Assembly (NCBI GenBank): GCA_019115825.1
Contig: DXCV01000036.1
Location: 20,538 to 84,537 of the forward strand
DNA: 64,000 nt
Direction: 5' to 3'
Origin: Candidatus Bacteroides pullicola
Lineage (GTDB): Bacteria; Bacteroidota; Bacteroidia; Bacteroidales; Bacteroidaceae
Part shown: positions 1 to 10,212 of the stretch, one piece after another
Layout: every line of letters begins with the position of its first letter
Position numbering within the stretch: the stretch's first letter is position 1
The notes under the pieces: model-generated
Databases searched by the model: none
Seen by the model: only the letters and a program-made list of their open reading frames with translations
What the model was told of the DNA's origin: nothing
Translations under genes and position numbers: made by a program

Positions 1-407
1 GGCTTCATGCGTTTGGCGCGGTGGGCCAGTACGGCATGGGGAATCTCCTGGTGGAGGCTGAGCAAGTCGCGCAGCATATATCGGTGATAGTTTACATCAT
101 CGTCTATGGTTACTATTACGGCATCGGGGAAATCCGCCAAGGCCGGGATGAGTTTCCGGTAGGAGCGGATGTCCCGGTCATAGTTCCGTATCTCAAAGAT
201 GGAGTTGTCGGCTGCCAGTTGACGGAGTTCTTGGGGAACCCCGTTTTCACCGAATTGCGAAACGGTCAGATAGAGCACAACCTTATCAGGTAGGACAGCA
301 CCGCTCAGGATGGAGCGGATGGCCTGAATGGCATACGGTATCGCTGCCGGGAATGAAGTCAGGGATACGATGACTTGTTCTTGGGGAGTGTTCGGATTCA
401 TAGTCAT
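1..407 (-). CDS. Glycosyltransferase (GT-A/GT2-like), 3' end runs off the window
   Basis: Manual translation from ATG at 407 (not in ORF track): MTMNPNTPQEQVIVSLTSFP...RSYRKLIPAL...VIVTIDDDVNY; IVSLTSFP and DDD motifs. Confidence 0.75.
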   Translation of the reverse strand, partial: MTMNPNTPQEQVIVSLTSFPAAIPYAIQAIRSILSGAVLPDKVVLYLTVSQFGENGVPQELRQLAADNSIFEIRNYDRDIRSYRKLIPALADFPDAVIVTIDDDVNYHRYMLRDLLSLHQEIPHAVLAHRAKRMK

Positions 408-421
408 ACTATTAAGTCTGT

Positions 422-934
422 TTACTTGTACCATCCCGCATACATCAGATAGTTGTGCGCAATCTTCTGGTTCAGCTCCTTGGCCTGCTCCGGGTCTACC
501 TTTTTGACGAACTTGGCGGGGACGCCTGCCCAAATGCTGCCCGGCTCGATGACGGTGTTGCTCAATACCAAGGCTCCTGCCGCCACGATGGCGCCTTCGC
601 CCACCACAGCATGGTCGAGGAGGGTGGCGCCCATGCCGATGAGGGCATAGTCGCGGATGGAGGCCCCGTGCACGGTGACATTGTGGCCGATAGACACGTG
701 GTCGCCGATTTCGATGGTCGATTTCTCATACAAGGTGTGCAGCACGCTGCCGTCCTGGATGTTCACGCCGTTGCCGATGCGGATGGAGTTCACGTCTCCG
801 CGCAGCACGGTGTTGAACCATACGCTACAGTCATCTCCCAGTTTCACGTCGCCTATGAGGGTGGCGTTGTCTGCCAGGAAACAATTCTTGCCGATTTCGG
901 GGGTGAAACCCCGTACAGATTTTATCAGTGCCAT
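422..934 (-). CDS. Gamma-carbonic anhydrase family (YrdA/CaiE-like) hexapeptide-repeat protein
   Basis: LRGDVNSIRIG, NIQDGSVLH, IGHNVTVHG motifs. Confidence 0.9.
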   Translation of the reverse strand: MALIKSVRGFTPEIGKNCFLADNATLIGDVKLGDDCSVWFNTVLRGDVNSIRIGNGVNIQDGSVLHTLYEKSTIEIGDHVSIGHNVTVHGASIRDYALIGMGATLLDHAVVGEGAIVAAGALVLSNTVIEPGSIWAGVPAKFVKKVDPEQAKELNQKIAHNYLMYAGWYK

Positions 935-952
935 AGGTTGTATAGTTAAGTA

Positions 953-2740
953 TTAAGGAAGGATAGGTCTGCATTTTTCCCATAGCCACGCCCGTTCTTC
1001 CTTGTCCAGGTCGGGATACAGCTCTTCATATACCGTGCGGTGATAGCAGTTCAGCCAGCCGATCTCTTCATAGGTCAGCAACTCCCGGAGGATGCCGGCC
1101 TTGTCGATGGGGCAGAGGGTGACGGTCTCGAACTTCAAGTAATTGCCGAACATCCCTTCGCCTGCGGGGACGGCGAGCATCAGGTTCTCCGTGCGGATGC
1201 CGTGGCTGCCAGCCTTGTAGACGCCCGGCTCGTTGGAGGTCAGCATGCCGGCTTTCAGCGTCACCGGATTTTCGTTCATGCGGATGCTCTGCGGACCTTC
1301 GTGCACGTTCAGGAAGTGACCCACGCCGTGGCCGGTGCCGTGCAGGTAGTTCATCCGGTGTCGCCAGATGGGCATACGAGCCAAGACGTCCAGTTGGGCG
1401 CCGCGCGTGCCTTCGGGGAAGACTGCCATGGCCAAGGCGATGTGCCCTTTCAGTACCAAGGTGTAGTCTTCTTTCTCTTCTTGGGTCAGTGGGCCGAGGG
1501 CGATGGTGCGGGTGATGTCCGTGGTGCCGTCCAAGTATTGCGCGCCCGAATCCAGCAGGAGGAAACCCTCCGGACGAAGTGGAACATCAGTCTCCGGCGT
1601 GGCCTCGTAGTGCACGATGGCGCCGTGTTCGCGATAGCCCGCGATGGTGTCGAAGCTCTCGCCCATGTAGAGCGGCTGTGCGGCGCGGAAGGCATGTAGC
1701 TTCTTGTCCACGCTGATTTCCGTCTCTCCGCCTTGGGGTACAGCTTCTTCCAGCCATTTCAGGAATTTCACCAAGGCTACCCCGTCGCGTTGCATGGCGC
1801 GGTGAAGCCCTTCGATTTCCACCTCGTTGCGCACGGCCTTCAGCAGGGCGACAGGCGAGGGGGCATCGATGAGGCGGCACGTGGGAGGCACGGCCGAGAG
1901 GAGCGCGTAGTTGGTCTTGGCGCTTTCCAACCAAAGGGTGGAGTAAGGCGCTTGGGCCAGGAATGTTTGTATGTCTTCGTAGGGATGCACCTCCACGCCG
2001 TTTTGCGCCAAGTGGGTGCTCATCTCTTCGTCCACCTTGGCGGGCAGAATGAACAGACGGGCTTTGTCTTTCTCTATCAGCAGGTAGCTGACAACCACCG
2101 GATTACAGTGAATGTCATTGCCTCGGATGTTGAGTGCCCAGGCTATTTCGTCCAAGGCGGGGAGCAGCAGAGCGTCGGCATCGGCTTTCATCATCTGTTG
2201 GCGGATGAGGCTCAACTTCTCTCCGCAGCTTTTTCCGGCGTAGGCCAGGGAGTGGATGAACGCTTTCCCCTCCGGCAGGGGCGGTCTGTCCGTCCAAATC
2301 CCCTCAAAGGGGCAGGCGATGTCTTTGAGGCACATTGACCGGCTCTCCAAGGCACTTTGCAGGGCATTCGCCGAGGCGGAGGCAAACACCTCTCCCTCAA
2401 TACCTACGGCTTCGCCTGGGTGGAGGCGGGCTTGCAGGAAGGCGGTGATGTCCGGCGTGTCGGGCAACCCGTCTTTGTAGAGGTCGATGCCCGAGCCTTC
2501 CAGTTGCTTGGCGGCTTGTAGGAAGTAGCGCGAGTCTGTCCATAACCCGGCTTCCTCCAGAGTGACTACCAGCGTACCTGCCGAGCCGGTGAAGCCGGAA
2601 AACCATTCGCGTGCCTGCCAGTGCGGCGCCACGTATTCACTGATGTGCGGGTCGGTGCTGGGGATGATGAAGGCAGCCACTTTCTTCCGGCGCATCATCT
2701 CGCGCAGCTTCTGTATGCGTTCTTTGACGGTTGTGCTCAT
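953..2740 (-). CDS. pepP: Xaa-Pro aminopeptidase (M24B)
   Basis: DPHISEY, DGTTDITRT, HGTGHGVG, VHEGP, SNEPG; start taken at MSTTVKER after an AT-rich leader. Confidence 0.9.
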   Translation of the reverse strand: MSTTVKERIQKLREMMRRKKVAAFIIPSTDPHISEYVAPHWQAREWFSGFTGSAGTLVVTLEEAGLWTDSRYFLQAAKQLEGSGIDLYKDGLPDTPDITAFLQARLHPGEAVGIEGEVFASASANALQSALESRSMCLKDIACPFEGIWTDRPPLPEGKAFIHSLAYAGKSCGEKLSLIRQQMMKADADALLLPALDEIAWALNIRGNDIHCNPVVVSYLLIEKDKARLFILPAKVDEEMSTHLAQNGVEVHPYEDIQTFLAQAPYSTLWLESAKTNYALLSAVPPTCRLIDAPSPVALLKAVRNEVEIEGLHRAMQRDGVALVKFLKWLEEAVPQGGETEISVDKKLHAFRAAQPLYMGESFDTIAGYREHGAIVHYEATPETDVPLRPEGFLLLDSGAQYLDGTTDITRTIALGPLTQEEKEDYTLVLKGHIALAMAVFPEGTRGAQLDVLARMPIWRHRMNYLHGTGHGVGHFLNVHEGPQSIRMNENPVTLKAGMLTSNEPGVYKAGSHGIRTENLMLAVPAGEGMFGNYLKFETVTLCPIDKAGILRELLTYEEIGWLNCYHRTVYEELYPDLDKEERAWLWEKCRPILP

Positions 2741-2839
2741 ATATATAAATAGGTATAGCGGTTTAATTTCCCCCAAAGGTACGGATTTCCGGGGAATAAG
2801 GAAATTTTTCCGTAGAAATCTTTTCCTTGTCTCCCGGTG

Positions 2840-2870
2840 TTTGTCTTCTTGTGGAAATGATATACCTTTG
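2840..2870 (+). promoter_or_regulatory. Bacteroidetes primary-sigma promoter for the MFS gene
   Basis: TTTG (2840) - 19 nt - TACCTTTG (2863); a divergent TACCTTTG for pepP lies on the minus strand at 2774-2781. Confidence 0.7.
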
Positions 2871-2925
2871 CACACCCGTTTGGTATCCGGATTTTGGTGC
2901 GTCAGGCGGCCGTTTTTCCGGCTTT

Positions 2926-3008
2926 TGCTTACCGTGCCTGCGCCCGTGCTTACCTGTACCTGCGCCCGCGCTTAGGCGTACCTGTGCCCGTGCTTAGGGA
3001 TATACCTG
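2926..3008. repeat. About 22-bp tandem array, family A (consensus TGCTTAGGCGTACCTGCGCCCG)
   Basis: Units start at 2926, 2947, 2969 and 2991; same family recurs at 51361-51433. Confidence 0.85.
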
Positions 3009-3060
3009 GACGCAGCCGGGAGAGATAAAGATGTAAGATGTTGATAAATAATATGATAAT

Positions 3061-4296
3061 ATGATACACTCCGTTTGGGATAAAGTCAAGGGTCATCCCC
3101 ACGTTGTGCAAGGGACGGCATACGCCATTTTGTTCACGATGGGCACCTGCCATCTGCTGAACGACATGATTCAGTCGGTCATCCCTGCGCTCTATCCGCT
3201 CTTGAAGGATACGTACGGGTTCACCTTCGCGCAGATTGGCGTCATCACGTTGGTGTTTCAACTGACTTCCTCCATCTTCCAGCCCTTCATCGGGCTGTAT
3301 GCCGACCGCCATCCGCAGCCCTATTCCCTTTCGCTGGGGATGTGCTTCACGCTGGTAGGGTTGCTGGCTTTGGCGTTTGCCACCAATTTCCTGCTGATAC
3401 TCCTTTCTGTGGCGTTGATAGGTTGCGGCTCGTCGGTGTTTCATCCGGAAGCTTCGCGGGTGGCGCAGATGGCTTCGGGCGGGCGCAAGAGCCTGGCGCA
3501 ATCCATCTTCCAGGTGGGCGGCAACGGCGGCAGTGCGATAGGCCCGCTGCTGGCGGCGTTGATAGTCATACCTTTCGGGCAACACGCCGTGGGGTGGTTT
3601 GCGTTGGCGACTCTGTTGGCGTCTTTCCTTTTGGCGAGAGTGGGGTATTGGTATAGCTTGGTGTTGCGCGAGGGTAAAGCGTCGCGCCGGAAAAGCGGCG
3701 TGGCGGTTTCAGCTTTGCCCAGGCGGGTCGTGCGCATTTCTTTAGGCATCTTGGTGCTGATGATTTTCTCCAAATACTTCTTCAACGCCTGCATGACCAG
3801 CTATTTCACCTTCTATCTGATAGAGAAGTTCGGGCTGACGGTGCAGCAATCCCAGTATTGCCTCTTCGCCTACCTGGCTGCCTTCGCCATAGGCACTTTG
3901 GTGGGTGGCTTCCTGGGCGACCGCTACGGACGCAAGTATGTCATCCTTTTCTCCATCCTGGGCGCGGCACCCTTCACGCTGGCCATGCCCTATCTGAATC
4001 TGGGTGGCACACTGGCTATGGCCGTCATCACCGGGTTGGTGATAGCTTCCGCTTTCTCTGCCATCGTGGTGTATGCCACAGACTTGATGCCGGATAAGGT
4101 TGGCATGATTGCCGGCATCTTCTTCGGCCTGATGTTCGGTTTGGGCGGCATCGGCTCGGCTTTTTTCGGCTGGCTGGCGGATATGACGAGCATCGAGTTC
4201 ATTTTCCATGTCAGCACTTGGCTGCCGCTGATGGGCGTGGTGGCGGTGTTCTTGCCGGATATACGGCCGGGGAGGGCGAAAGAAGGAATATCGTGA
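3061..4296 (+). CDS. MFS transporter, Fsr (fosmidomycin resistance)-like
   Basis: HLLNDMIQS, SSVFHPEASR, GGFLGDRYGRK; about 12 hydrophobic segments. Confidence 0.85.
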   Translation: MIHSVWDKVKGHPHVVQGTAYAILFTMGTCHLLNDMIQSVIPALYPLLKDTYGFTFAQIGVITLVFQLTSSIFQPFIGLYADRHPQPYSLSLGMCFTLVGLLALAFATNFLLILLSVALIGCGSSVFHPEASRVAQMASGGRKSLAQSIFQVGGNGGSAIGPLLAALIVIPFGQHAVGWFALATLLASFLLARVGYWYSLVLREGKASRRKSGVAVSALPRRVVRISLGILVLMIFSKYFFNACMTSYFTFYLIEKFGLTVQQSQYCLFAYLAAFAIGTLVGGFLGDRYGRKYVILFSILGAAPFTLAMPYLNLGGTLAMAVITGLVIASAFSAIVVYATDLMPDKVGMIAGIFFGLMFGLGGIGSAFFGWLADMTSIEFIFHVSTWLPLMGVVAVFLPDIRPGRAKEGIS

Positions 4297-4338
4297 GCCA
4301 TGCGCATCGAGTTTTTTCACAGAAAAAAGCCCGAAAGT

Positions 4339-4369
4339 TTTGTAAATAAAGAAAGTATGTGTAATTTTG
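4339..4369 (+). promoter_or_regulatory. Promoter of rpsU
   Basis: TTTG - 19 nt - TAATTTTG. Confidence 0.7.
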
Positions 4370-4422
4370 CCGCTCGAATTTGACAATTAAACTTTTAACC
4401 ATTACTATTTAAACCAAAAACA

Positions 4423-4614
4423 ATGATTGTAGTACCTGTTAAAGAAGGCGAAAACATCGAAAAGGCGCTGAAGAAGTTCAAGCGCAAATTTGAGAAGACG
4501 GGAATCGTGAAAGAATTGAGAAGCAGACAGCAATTCGACAAACCGTCTGTAATTAAGAGACTTAAGAAGGAACGTGCTATTTACGTTCAGAAACTTCAGC
4601 AAATGGAGGATTAA
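4423..4614 (+). CDS. rpsU: 30S ribosomal protein S21
   Basis: VKEGENIEKALKKFKRK...FDKPS. Confidence 0.97.
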   Translation: MIVVPVKEGENIEKALKKFKRKFEKTGIVKELRSRQQFDKPSVIKRLKKERAIYVQKLQQMED

Positions 4615-4685
4615 TTTTCGTAAAATCCTTTGATTTATTGAATTCTTTTTCATACATTCGTTGCATGAAATGATTATGTAACGGT

Positions 4686-5573
4686 ATGAACTTGACAGAT
4701 TCGTTCTTGGATTACCTGCTGTACGAGCGGAATTATTCGTTGGAGACTATCAAATCGTACAGGGAGGATATGCTTCAGTTTGAGGCGTTCCTGGCCGGGG
4801 AATCCGGGGCGGGCAAGTCGCTCGCCGAGGTTGACGCAAAGGAGATACGCGCATGGTTGGCCACGCTGATGGACCAGGGGCGCGCCGCTACCACGGTTAA
4901 TCGCAAGCTGAGCACCTTGCATTCTTTCTACAGGTTCCTGCTGAGGCGGGACATTTGCCGAGTCGATCCCTCGCGGAAAGTCATAGGACCGAAAAACAAG
5001 AAAAAGTTGCCGGTCTTTGTGAAGGAAGCCGAGATGGACAGGCTGCTGGATGATGTGAGCTTCGGGGAAGGATTCGAGGCGTGCAGAGATCGCGCCATCG
5101 TCGAGACGTTCTACCTGACGGGCATACGATTGTCCGAACTGATAGGACTGAAGGATGTAGACGTGGATTTTGCCTCGATGCAGCTGAAGGTGACGGGAAA
5201 GCGCAACAAGCAACGCTTGGTTCCTTTCGGCGACGAACTGAAGAAAGATTTGCAGGAATATGTCAAGATGCGGGATGAGACGGTTGCCGGCGTGGCAAAA
5301 GCATTTTTTGTTCGTAAGTCCGGTGAACAATTATACCGCAGTATCGTTGATAATATAGTGAAGCGAAACCTCTCGAAGGTGGCGACCGTGCAGAAGAAGT
5401 CCCCCCACGTGCTGAGGCATACCTTTGCGACGCAGATGCTGAATCATGACGCTCAGTTGGGCTCGATAAAGGAACTGCTGGGGCACGAAAGTTTGGCGAC
5501 GACTGAAGTCTATACGCATACCACTTTCGAGGAACTTAAAAGAATGTATAACCAAGCCCATCCTCGGGCTTAA
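4686..5573 (+). CDS. xerC: Tyrosine recombinase XerC-like
   Basis: GIRLSEL, GKRNKQR, HVLRHTFAT, LLGH, TEVY catalytic set; rpsU-xer-hpf context. Confidence 0.85.
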   Translation: MNLTDSFLDYLLYERNYSLETIKSYREDMLQFEAFLAGESGAGKSLAEVDAKEIRAWLATLMDQGRAATTVNRKLSTLHSFYRFLLRRDICRVDPSRKVIGPKNKKKLPVFVKEAEMDRLLDDVSFGEGFEACRDRAIVETFYLTGIRLSELIGLKDVDVDFASMQLKVTGKRNKQRLVPFGDELKKDLQEYVKMRDETVAGVAKAFFVRKSGEQLYRSIVDNIVKRNLSKVATVQKKSPHVLRHTFATQMLNHDAQLGSIKELLGHESLATTEVYTHTTFEELKRMYNQAHPRA

Positions 5574-5588
5574 AAAAAGGAGGTAAGT

Positions 5589-5888
5589 ATGGAAGTAAGA
5601 ATTCAGTCTATTCATTTTGACGCATCCGAGCGTCTGCAGGCTTTTATCCAAAAGAAAGCGCAGAAACTGGAAAGATTTTACGATGATATAAAGAAAGTCG
5701 AGGTGTCATTGAAAGTTGTGAAGCCGGAGACTGCCGAAAACAAGGAAGCCGGGGTGAAAGTCCTGGTGCCCAACGGCGAGTTCTACGCAAGCAAAGTTTG
5801 CGATACTTTTGAGGAAGCAGTGGACTTGTGCTTGGAGGCTTTGGAGAAACAACTGGTGAAATACAAAGAAAAACAACGGAGCAAATAA
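5589..5888 (+). CDS. raiA: Ribosome hibernation factor (RaiA/HPF)
   Basis: MEVRIQSIHFDASERL...TFEEAVD...LEKQLVKYKEK. Confidence 0.9.
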   Translation: MEVRIQSIHFDASERLQAFIQKKAQKLERFYDDIKKVEVSLKVVKPETAENKEAGVKVLVPNGEFYASKVCDTFEEAVDLCLEALEKQLVKYKEKQRSK

Positions 5889-5904
5889 AATTTCCCTCTA
5901 AAAT

Positions 5905-5935
5905 TTTGCGGGAATAAAAATAATGCCTAACTTTG
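5905..5935 (+). promoter_or_regulatory. Promoter of the tRNA-tuf operon
   Basis: TTTG - 19 nt - TAACTTTG. Confidence 0.75.
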
Positions 5936-5995
5936 CAGCCGTTTCGCTGAGCCACCTAAAAGGAACGTAAGTGAAACGGTTGCATTTTGCAAAAC

Positions 5996-6069
5996 GCCTC
6001 TTTAGCTCAGCTGGCCAGAGCACGTGATTTGTAATCTCGGGGTCGTTGGTTCGAATCCGACAAGAGGCT
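5996..6069 (+). tRNA. tRNA-Thr(TGT)
   Basis: GCCTCTT/AAGAGGC acceptor stem, anticodon TGT, GGTTCGAATCC T-arm. Confidence 0.95.
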
Positions 6070-6091
6070 CGGAACTTTGAAATAATGGAAA

Positions 6092-6174
6092 GGGCAAATA
6101 CCAGAGTGGCCAAATGGGGCAGACTGTAAATCTGCTGGTTTATACCTTCGGTGGTTCGAATCCATCTTTGCCCA
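6092..6174 (+). tRNA. tRNA-Tyr(GTA)
   Basis: GGGCAAA/TTTGCCC acceptor stem, GCAGA-CT-GTA-AA-TCTGC, long variable arm. Confidence 0.95.
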
Positions 6175-6182
6175 CACTCCTT

Positions 6183-6254
<72 letters not shown>

Positions 6255-6302
6255 CTTTGACATGAAAGCTGATTATTAATCAAATAAATAACAAGTAAAG
6301 CT

Positions 6303-7487
6303 ATGGCTAAAGAGAAATTCGAACGTACCAAACCGCACGTAAACATTGGTACTATTGGTCACGTTGACCACGGTAAGACTACTTTGACCGCCGCTATCAC
6401 TACGGTTTTGGCAAAGAAAGGTCTGTCTGAAGTGAAGTCTTTCGATCAGATTGACAATGCTCCCGAAGAAAAGGAGCGTGGTATCACGATCAACACTTCT
6501 CACGTTGAATATGAAACTGCAACTCGTCACTATGCACACGTTGACTGCCCGGGACACGCTGACTATGTGAAGAACATGGTAACTGGTGCTGCTCAGATGG
6601 ACGGTGCTATCATCGTAGTTGCTGCTACCGATGGTCCGATGCCTCAGACTCGCGAGCACATCCTGTTGGCTCGTCAGGTGAACGTGCCCAGACTGGTAGT
6701 GTTCATGAACAAGTGTGACATGGTTGATGACCCCGAAATGCTGGAGCTCGTTGAAATGGAAATGCGTGAACTGCTGTCCGCTTATGATTTCGACGGTGAC
6801 AACACTCCGTTCATCCAGGGTTCTGCTTTGGGCGCATTGAATGGCGTTGCAAAGTGGGAAGATAAGATCATGGAGCTGATGGATGCTTGCGACACTTGGA
6901 TTCCTCTGCCTCCGCGTGATATTGATAAGCCTTTCTTGATGCCTGTTGAGGACGTGTTCTCTATCACGGGTCGTGGTACTGTAGCAACGGGCCGTATCGA
7001 GACTGGTATCATCAAGGTTGGTGACGAAGTTGAAATCTTGGGTCTGGGCGAAGACAAGAAGTCTGTTGTTACGGGCGTTGAGATGTTCCGCAAGATTTTG
7101 GACGAAGGCGAAGCTGGTGACAACGTAGGTCTGTTGCTGCGCGGTATCGACAAGAACGAAATCAAGCGTGGTATGGTGCTCTGCAAACCCGGTCAGATCA
7201 AGCCTCACTCCAAGTTCAAAGCTTCTATCTATGTATTGAAGAAAGAAGAAGGTGGCCGTCACACTCCGTTCCACAACAAATATCGTCCTCAGTTCTATCT
7301 GCGCACTATGGACTGCACGGGTGAAATCACCTTGCCCGAAGGCGTAGAAATGGTAATGCCGGGCGACAACGTGGAAATCACGGTTACGCTGATTTACCCG
7401 GTAGCCTTGAACGTAGGTCTGCGCTTCGCTATCCGTGAAGGTGGTCGTACGGTAGGTTCTGGTCAGATCACTGAAATTCTTGACTAA
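6303..7487 (+). CDS. tuf: Elongation factor Tu
   Basis: [17 protein letters not shown]. Confidence 0.99.
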   Translation: MAKEKFERTKPHVNIGTIGHVDHGKTTLTAAITTVLAKKGLSEVKSFDQIDNAPEEKERGITINTSHVEYETATRHYAHVDCPGHADYVKNMVTGAAQMDGAIIVVAATDGPMPQTREHILLARQVNVPRLVVFMNKCDMVDDPEMLELVEMEMRELLSAYDFDGDNTPFIQGSALGALNGVAKWEDKIMELMDACDTWIPLPPRDIDKPFLMPVEDVFSITGRGTVATGRIETGIIKVGDEVEILGLGEDKKSVVTGVEMFRKILDEGEAGDNVGLLLRGIDKNEIKRGMVLCKPGQIKPHSKFKASIYVLKKEEGGRHTPFHNKYRPQFYLRTMDCTGEITLPEGVEMVMPGDNVEITVTLIYPVALNVGLRFAIREGGRTVGSGQITEILD

Positions 7488-7541
7488 AACATACACATTA
7501 ATCGGTTCCCGGAAGTTCTTTCGGGAACTGATTATGTTCAT

Positions 7542-7614
7542 ACGGGAATAGCTCAGTTGGTAGAGCATCGGTCTCCAAAACCGAGTGTCGGGAGTTCGAG
7601 CCTCTCTTCCCGTG
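7542..7614 (+). tRNA. tRNA-Trp(CCA)
   Basis: ACGGGAA/TTCCCGT stem, TCGGT-CT-CCA-AA-ACCGA; tuf-trnW-secE order. Confidence 0.95.
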
Positions 7615-7628
7615 CTAATATTATTGCA

Positions 7629-7817
7629 ATGAAAAAAATTGTAACATATTTCAAGGAATCTTACGACGAACTTGTACATAAAGTGTCGTGGCCTACTTAT
7701 GCCGAACTGACTAGCAGTGCAGTGGCTGTTTTATATGCTTCCCTGCTCATTGCATTGGTGGTGTTTGTGATGGACTTCTGTTTCCAGAACATCATGGAGT
7801 TTGTTTATCCTCATTAA
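7629..7817 (+). CDS. secE: Preprotein translocase SecE
   Basis: ELVHKVSWPT motif plus one TM segment; start at MKKIV. Confidence 0.95.
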   Translation: MKKIVTYFKESYDELVHKVSWPTYAELTSSAVAVLYASLLIALVVFVMDFCFQNIMEFVYPH

Positions 7818-7831
7818 AAACGTAGTTGCTA

Positions 7832-8374
7832 ATGTCTGAGGTAGAAAAGAAATGGTATGTTCTACGTGCCGTCAGTGGCAAGGAAGCTAAGGTTAAGGAA
7901 TATCTTGATGCTGACATCAAGAACAGTGATCTTGGCGACTATGTGTCTCAGGTATTGATTCCCACTGAAAAAGTGTACCAGGTTCGCAATGGTAAAAAGA
8001 TTGTGAAGGAGAGAAGTTATCTCCCTGGTTATGTTTTGGTGGAAGCTGCGTTGGTTGGTGAGGTACCTCATCGTTTGAGGAACACGCCGAATGTGATTGG
8101 ATTCTTGGGCGGAATGGACAAACCTGTTCCCTTGAGACAATCGGAAGTCAACCGGATTCTCGGTACCGTCGATGAATTGCAGGATTCGGGTGAAGACCTG
8201 AATATCCCGTTTGTTGTCGGCGAAGCTGTCAAGGTGAACTATGGGCCGTTCAGCGGTTTCAGTGGTGTCATCGAGGAAGTGAATGCCGAGAAGAAGAAAC
8301 TGAAGGTCATGGTGAAAATATTCGGGCGGAAAACGCCGCTTGAGTTGGGCTTTATGCAAGTAGAAAAGGAATGA
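7832..8374 (+). CDS. nusG: Transcription factor NusG
   Basis: KWYVLRAVSGKE, LPGYVLVE, KOW GPFSGF. Confidence 0.97.
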   Translation: MSEVEKKWYVLRAVSGKEAKVKEYLDADIKNSDLGDYVSQVLIPTEKVYQVRNGKKIVKERSYLPGYVLVEAALVGEVPHRLRNTPNVIGFLGGMDKPVPLRQSEVNRILGTVDELQDSGEDLNIPFVVGEAVKVNYGPFSGFSGVIEEVNAEKKKLKVMVKIFGRKTPLELGFMQVEKE

Positions 8375-8433
8375 TGCAGTTGTTACGTTGCATGGTTCCC
8401 GTCATTAGTGTAATATAAAAATCAAATTAAAAA

Positions 8434-8877
8434 ATGGCTAAAGAAGTTGCTGGACTAATCAAGTTACAGATTAAAGGAGGCGCTGCAAATCCATCACCTC
8501 CCGTAGGCCCTGCCTTGGGTTCGAAGGGTATTAACATCATGGAGTTTTGCAAGCAATTCAACGCCAGAACCCAGGACAAGGCAGGAAAAGTTCTTCCTGT
8601 AATTATCACTTATTATACGGATAAGTCCTTTGATTTCGTCATCAAGACTCCGCCTGTAGCAATTCAGTTGCTGGAGATGACGAAGCAGAAGAGCGGTTCT
8701 GCTGAGCCTAATCGTAAGAAAGTTGCCGAGATTACTTGGGAACAAGTTCGTACGATTGCACAGGATAAGTTGGTTGACTTGAACTGCTTTACTGTAGAAG
8801 CTGCCATGAAGATGGTTGCCGGTACAGCAAGAAGTATGGGTATCACTGTAAAAGGGGAGTTCCCGGTTAATGATTAA
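8434..8877 (+). CDS. rplK: 50S ribosomal protein L11
   Basis: [12 protein letters not shown]. Confidence 0.99.
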   Translation: MAKEVAGLIKLQIKGGAANPSPPVGPALGSKGINIMEFCKQFNARTQDKAGKVLPVIITYYTDKSFDFVIKTPPVAIQLLEMTKQKSGSAEPNRKKVAEITWEQVRTIAQDKLVDLNCFTVEAAMKMVAGTARSMGITVKGEFPVND

Positions 8878-8896
8878 CTTATAAACTTCAATTAGA

Positions 8897-9595
8897 ATGA
8901 GTAAACTGACAAAAAAGCAAAAGTTGGCTGCTGAGAAAATTGAAGCAGGGAAAGCATACTCTCTCAAAGAGGCTTCTCAACTGGTGAAGGACATCACCTT
9001 TACCAAGTTTGACGCTTCTGTTGATATCGACGTACGCTTGGGCATTGACCCGCGCAAATCCAATCAGATGGTGAGAGGTGTCGTATCACTGCCTCACGGC
9101 ACTGGCAAGGTGACGCGCGTTTTGGTGTTGTGTACACCCGATGCTGAAGCTGCTGCTAAGGAAGCTGGCGCTGACTATGTAGGTCTTGACGAGTATATCG
9201 AAAAGATCAAAGGTGGATGGACGGATGTTGATGTGATTATCACGATGCCGTCTATCATGGGTAAGATTGGTGCCCTCGGACGTATCCTCGGTCCTCGTGG
9301 ATTGATGCCTAACCCGAAGAGCGGCACTGTGACTATGGATGTTGCTAAGGCTGTGAAGGAAGTTAAGCAAGGTAAGATTGACTTCAAGGTGGACAAGAGT
9401 GGTATCGTACATACTTCTATCGGTAAGGTATCGTTCAATGCCGACCAAATCCGTGACAACGCGAAGGAATTCATCGCTACATTGATCAAATTGAAACCTA
9501 CTGCAGCTAAGGGTACATATATTAAGAGCATTTATCTTTCTAGTACAATGAGTGCGGGTATCAAGATTGACCCGAAATCAGTGGAAGAAATCTAA
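8897..9595 (+). CDS. rplA: 50S ribosomal protein L1
   Basis: [11 protein letters not shown]. Confidence 0.99.
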   Translation: MSKLTKKQKLAAEKIEAGKAYSLKEASQLVKDITFTKFDASVDIDVRLGIDPRKSNQMVRGVVSLPHGTGKVTRVLVLCTPDAEAAAKEAGADYVGLDEYIEKIKGGWTDVDVIITMPSIMGKIGALGRILGPRGLMPNPKSGTVTMDVAKAVKEVKQGKIDFKVDKSGIVHTSIGKVSFNADQIRDNAKEFIATLIKLKPTAAKGTYIKSIYLSSTMSAGIKIDPKSVEEI

Positions 9596-9610
9596 TAAAA
9601 CGGACGAATA

Positions 9611-10132
9611 ATGAGAAAGGAAGATAAAAGTAAAGTTATAGAGCAAATAGCTGCTACCGTAAAGGAATACGGTCACTTCTACTTGGTGGATACGACAGCT
9701 ATGAATGCGGCTGCAACCAGCGCATTGCGTGCTGCCTGCTTCAAGGCTGACATCAAGCTGATGGTAGTGAAGAACACTTTGCTGCAAAAGGCTTTGGAGA
9801 CCTTGGAAGGTGACTATTCTCCGCTTTATGGTTGTCTGAAGGGAACAACGGCTGTGATGTTTTCCAATGTGGCAAATGCACCGGCCAAGTTGATCAAGGA
9901 CAAATCCAAAGACGGTATTCCCGGCCTGAAGGCTGCGTATGCGGAAGAAGGTTTCTATGTTGGCGCAGACCAATTGGATGCCCTCGTAGCTATCAAGAGC
10001 AAGAACGAAGTTATTGCCGAAATCGTTGCATTGCTGCAATCTCCGGCCAAGAATGTTATTTCTGCTCTGCAATCTGGTGGTAACACCCTTCACGGAGTCC
10101 TCAAGACTCTTGGTGAACGTACTGAAGCGTAA
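9611..10132 (+). CDS. rplJ: 50S ribosomal protein L10
   Basis: VVKNTL motif; position in operon. Confidence 0.97.
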   Translation: MRKEDKSKVIEQIAATVKEYGHFYLVDTTAMNAAATSALRAACFKADIKLMVVKNTLLQKALETLEGDYSPLYGCLKGTTAVMFSNVANAPAKLIKDKSKDGIPGLKAAYAEEGFYVGADQLDALVAIKSKNEVIAEIVALLQSPAKNVISALQSGGNTLHGVLKTLGERTEA

Positions 10133-10212
10133 GTTTCATCGACGGATTCTTGAAACGGAATCTACAACCCAAACAAATTATTTAGTATTAAAACAATTAA
10201 ATTCATACAAAA

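Noticed and set aside
6023-6039. T-T mismatch in the tRNA-Thr(TGT) anticodon stem suggesting a pseudo-tRNA
   Set aside because: All other arms are intact; single mismatches are tolerated and I recall this form in Bacteroides
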